Made by a program: the position numbers and the translations under genes. A stretch of 64,000 nucleotides of DNA from Acidimicrobiaceae bacterium (lineage in GTDB: Bacteria > Actinomycetota > Acidimicrobiia > Acidimicrobiales > Aldehydirespiratoraceae): assembly GCA_009837445.1 (NCBI GenBank), contig VXTM01000021.1, forward strand, positions 118,767 through 182,766, in the 5' to 3' direction. The notes under the pieces were generated by a model. It had not been told where the DNA came from and ran no database searches. It saw nothing but the letters and a program-made list of their open reading frames with translations. Of the stretch, positions 61,135 through 64,000 are shown piece by piece; the first letter of the stretch is position 1, and the number at the start of each line of letters is the position of its first letter.

Positions 61135-62244
61135 ATGACCGCGACCACCAGATTGCAGGACCTCTACGCCCGGTGCGGGCAGAGTCCCTGGCTCGACAAC
61201 ATCCGGCGGGGCTGGATCACCGGGGGTGACCTGAACGACTGGGTCCAGCAGGGCGTCAGGGGTCTGACCTCGAATCCGTCGATATTCCAGAAGGCCATCG
61301 CCGCGGGTGCCGACTACGACGACGAGTTCCGCTCAGCCATCGCAGACGGCCTCGACGTCGAGTCCTCCTACTGGCGCCTGGTCACCTCCGACATCGCTGC
61401 GGCCGCCGCGATCCTGCGTCCCGTCTACGACAGGTCAGGCGGGCTCGATGGATTCGTGTCGGTGGAGGTCGCCCCCAATCTGGCACGTGACGCGGCCGCC
61501 ACCGAGGCTGCAGCCCGCGACCTGCACGAGCGGCTGGCCGTTCCCAACCTCTACGTGAAGATCCCCGGCACCGCCGAGGGCCTGGAGCCCATCTCCACGA
61601 TGATCTCGGAGGGGCGCAGCATCAACGTCACGTTGATCTTTAGCGTAGACCGCTACCTGGAGGTCGCCGAGGCCTACATCTCGGGCCTCGAGCAGGCCCA
61701 GGGCGACCTGTCGGGGGTGTCCAGCGTGGCCTCTTTCTTCGTGTCCAGGATCGACACCGAGGTGGACCGCCGCCTCGACGCCATCGGCACTCCCGAGGCG
61801 CTGGATCTGAGGGGCCGTGCCGCTGTCGCCTGCGCCAAGGTGGCGTACTCGCACTTCCAGCGGATTTACACCGGACCCCGGTGGGAGGCTCTGACCGCCC
61901 GGGGCGCCCGGCCCCAGCGGCTGCTCTGGGCCAGCACATCGACCAAGAACCCGGCCTACCCGGACACGCTCTACGTGGACGGCCTGATCGGCCCCGACAC
62001 GGTAAACACCCTGCCCGACGCCACGCTGGAAGCGTTCGAGGACCACGGCTCGGTCGAGCCCACCCTCGCTGCCGGACTCGACGATGCCATCGACGTGCTC
62101 GAGAGGCTCGCGGCCGTGGGCGTGGATCTCGACTCGGTGACGGCCCAACTCGAGGACGAAGGCGTGGCCGCGTTCACCAAGAGCTTCGACGAGTTGCTGG
62201 GCGTTCTCAGTGACAAGGCCGACGAACTCCAAGCCGCGTCCTAG
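61135..62244 (+). CDS. tal: Transaldolase (long actinobacterial type)
   Basis: The ATG follows RBS GAGGAGG. Segments [24 protein letters not shown] and YVKIPGT. Confidence 0.9.
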   Translation: MTATTRLQDLYARCGQSPWLDNIRRGWITGGDLNDWVQQGVRGLTSNPSIFQKAIAAGADYDDEFRSAIADGLDVESSYWRLVTSDIAAAAAILRPVYDRSGGLDGFVSVEVAPNLARDAAATEAAARDLHERLAVPNLYVKIPGTAEGLEPISTMISEGRSINVTLIFSVDRYLEVAEAYISGLEQAQGDLSGVSSVASFFVSRIDTEVDRRLDAIGTPEALDLRGRAAVACAKVAYSHFQRIYTGPRWEALTARGARPQRLLWASTSTKNPAYPDTLYVDGLIGPDTVNTLPDATLEAFEDHGSVEPTLAAGLDDAIDVLERLAAVGVDLDSVTAQLEDEGVAAFTKSFDELLGVLSDKADELQAAS

Positions 62245-62258
62245 TTAACCTGCCCGCG

Positions 62259-63161
62259 GTGACGGAGCGGGACCGTCTGCAGCGCCTCGAGGACGAGAGC
62301 GTCCACATCATCCGGGAGGTGGCCGCGCAGTTCCGCAAACCGGTGATGCTGTACTCGATTGGCAAGGACAGCTCGGTGATGCTGCACCTGGCCCGCAAGG
62401 CCTTCCATCCCGGACCGATCCCCTTCCCGCTGCTGCACATAGACACCACCTGGAAGTTCTCGGAGATGATCGCCTTCCGGGACCGCATGGCCGGCGAGAT
62501 CGGTTTCGATCTGATCGTGCACACCAACCAGGACGGGCTGGCCGCGGGAATCAACCCGTTCGACCACGGATCGGCCCACTACACCGACGTGATGAAGACC
62601 CAGGCCCTCAAGCAGGCCCTCGGCGCGGGGCGTTTCGACGCCGCCTTCGGCGGGGCCCGGCGCGACGAGGAGCGATCACGAGCCAAGGAGCGGGTGTTCA
62701 GCTTCCGGGACGGCCAGCACCGCTGGGATCCCAAGAACCAGCGGCCCGAGCTGTGGAATCACTACAACGGCCGGGTCCGCAGCGGGGAGAGCATCCGCGT
62801 GTTCCCTCTGAGCAACTGGACCGAGCTCGACGTGTGGCACTACGTCGGGGCCAACGAGATCGAGATAGTGCCGCTGTACCTCGCCGCGCCCCGTCCGGTG
62901 GTGGAACGCGACGGCACCCTGTTGATGGTGGACGACAGGCGCTTCCGGTTCGAGGCGGGCGAGCGGCCCAAGACGCGATCGGTGCGCTTCCGCACGCTCG
63001 GCTGCTACCCCCTGACCGGGGCCGTCGAATCGACCGCCGCCACCGTTGCCGAGGTGGTGGCCGAGATGGCTGCAGCAACCCGCTCAGAGCGGGAGGGCCG
63101 GGTCATCGACCACGACCAGTCGGGGTCCATGGAGCACAAGAAGCGCGAGGGCTACTTCTGA
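62259..63161 (+). CDS. cysD: Sulfate adenylyltransferase subunit 2
   Basis: Segments [40 protein letters not shown] (PP-loop) and HIDTTWKF. Confidence 0.9.
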   Translation: MTERDRLQRLEDESVHIIREVAAQFRKPVMLYSIGKDSSVMLHLARKAFHPGPIPFPLLHIDTTWKFSEMIAFRDRMAGEIGFDLIVHTNQDGLAAGINPFDHGSAHYTDVMKTQALKQALGAGRFDAAFGGARRDEERSRAKERVFSFRDGQHRWDPKNQRPELWNHYNGRVRSGESIRVFPLSNWTELDVWHYVGANEIEIVPLYLAAPRPVVERDGTLLMVDDRRFRFEAGERPKTRSVRFRTLGCYPLTGAVESTAATVAEVVAEMAAATRSEREGRVIDHDQSGSMEHKKREGYF

Positions 63162-64000
63162 TGGGCGGTGAGCGGGTGGCGCCGACAGCCTCCGCCGACC
63201 TGCTGCGGGTGCTGACATGCGGGTCGGTGGACGACGGCAAGTCGACGCTGATCGGCCGGCTGCTGCACGACTCGGACCTCCTCTACGAGGACCACCTGGC
63301 CGCGGTGCGCAAGGACTCGGCCACGACCGGTCACGCCGGGGGGCAGGTCGACCTGGCCCTTCTCGCCGACGGCTTGGTGGCCGAGCGGGAGCAGGGCATC
63401 ACCATCGATGTGGCCCACCTGTACTTCTCGACGCCTCGCCGGAGCTTCATCATCGCGGACACGCCCGGACACGAGCAGTACACCCGCAACATGGTGACCG
63501 GCGCCTCGACCTCCGAGCTGGCCGTCGTCCTCGTGGACGCGGCTCGAGGCATCACCACCCAGACCCGTCGCCACAGCCTGATCGTCAACCTCCTCGGCAT
63601 CTCGTCGGTGGTGGTGGCGGTCAACAAGATGGACCTCGTCGACTACCGCCAGGACCGGTTCGAGTCGATCGCGTCCGCCGTCCGCGAGCTGGCCGCCGCG
63701 CTGGGCCTGCCCGATCCGGTGTGCATCCCGGTCTCGGCCCTTCACGGCGACGGTGTGGTCGAACCCGGCGCGAACATGGCTTGGTACGACGGCCCGTGCC
63801 TCATGGAGCACTTGGAGCAGGTGGACGCGGCAGTCCACGCGGCTGGGGCGTCCGGGATCGTCGGGGGGCGGCTGCGGTTGCCGGTGCAGCTTGTCATCCG
63901 GCCCGACCACCGGTTCCGCGGCTTCGCCGGGACGGTCTGCGAAGGCACGCTGCGGGCCGGGGACAGGGTCCGAGTCGAGCCCTCCGGCCGCACCACCGCC
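63161..64000 (+). CDS. cysN: Sulfate adenylyltransferase subunit 1 (GTPase), 3' end runs off the window
   Basis: This ORF is not in the track because it has no stop. I read it by hand from the ATG at 63161, which overlaps the cysD stop. It has [15 protein letters not shown] (G1), DTPGHEQY (G3) and NKMD (G4). Confidence 0.85.
   Translation, partial: MGGERVAPTASADLLRVLTCGSVDDGKSTLIGRLLHDSDLLYEDHLAAVRKDSATTGHAGGQVDLALLADGLVAEREQGITIDVAHLYFSTPRRSFIIADTPGHEQYTRNMVTGASTSELAVVLVDAARGITTQTRRHSLIVNLLGISSVVVAVNKMDLVDYRQDRFESIASAVRELAAALGLPDPVCIPVSALHGDGVVEPGANMAWYDGPCLMEHLEQVDAAVHAAGASGIVGGRLRLPVQLVIRPDHRFRGFAGTVCEGTLRAGDRVRVEPSGRTTA

Overview
GC-rich actinobacterial chromosome segment. The Pup-proteasome gene set and the pafABC-tatAC-helY synteny support this, but I cannot name the genus. 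About 70 protein-coding genes are supportable. I found no rRNA, tRNA, CRISPR array, transposase or integrase. The main blocks are as follows. (1) 0.8-14 kb holds housekeeping and repair genes: an alkB-like gene behind a LexA-type box, an MBOAT+SGNH O-acylation pair, thiD, a crotonase, NUDIX, GNAT, a DUF4193 gene next to a long ThyX-like gene, and an M20 hydrolase. (2) 14-35 kb, all on the minus strand, holds a complete pupylation/proteasome supercluster: arc, dop, pup (ending GGE), prcB, prcA, pafA, pafB, pafC, then lepB, a GDPD gene, tatA, tatC and helY. An amino-acid ABC importer with duplicated binding proteins and unusually long permeases sits between arc and dop. (3) 35-52.6 kb holds a catabolic block with three different hydroquinone/hydroxyquinol-type ring-cleavage dioxygenases, maleylacetate reductase, a Liv-type ABC importer, a thiolase, an IclR regulator, a family III CoA-transferase and a citryl-CoA-lyase-like gene. 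(4) 52.6-55.4 kb holds a tightly overlapped thiS-like/ttuA/trmI/S1-protease operon. (5) 59-64 kb holds tkt, tal, cysD and cysN. The most unusual signal is a dispersed repeat family of about 90-96 bp. It has six clear copies in both orientations, plus solo copies of its 5' head. One copy is inserted in-frame inside alkB. The head AGAGGCCGAGCGGnTAG repeatedly coincides with stop codons and gives two unrelated proteins the same RPSG C-terminus. All coordinates were derived by hand from the printed sequence and the ORF track. No database search was possible, so homology calls rest on recognised motifs.
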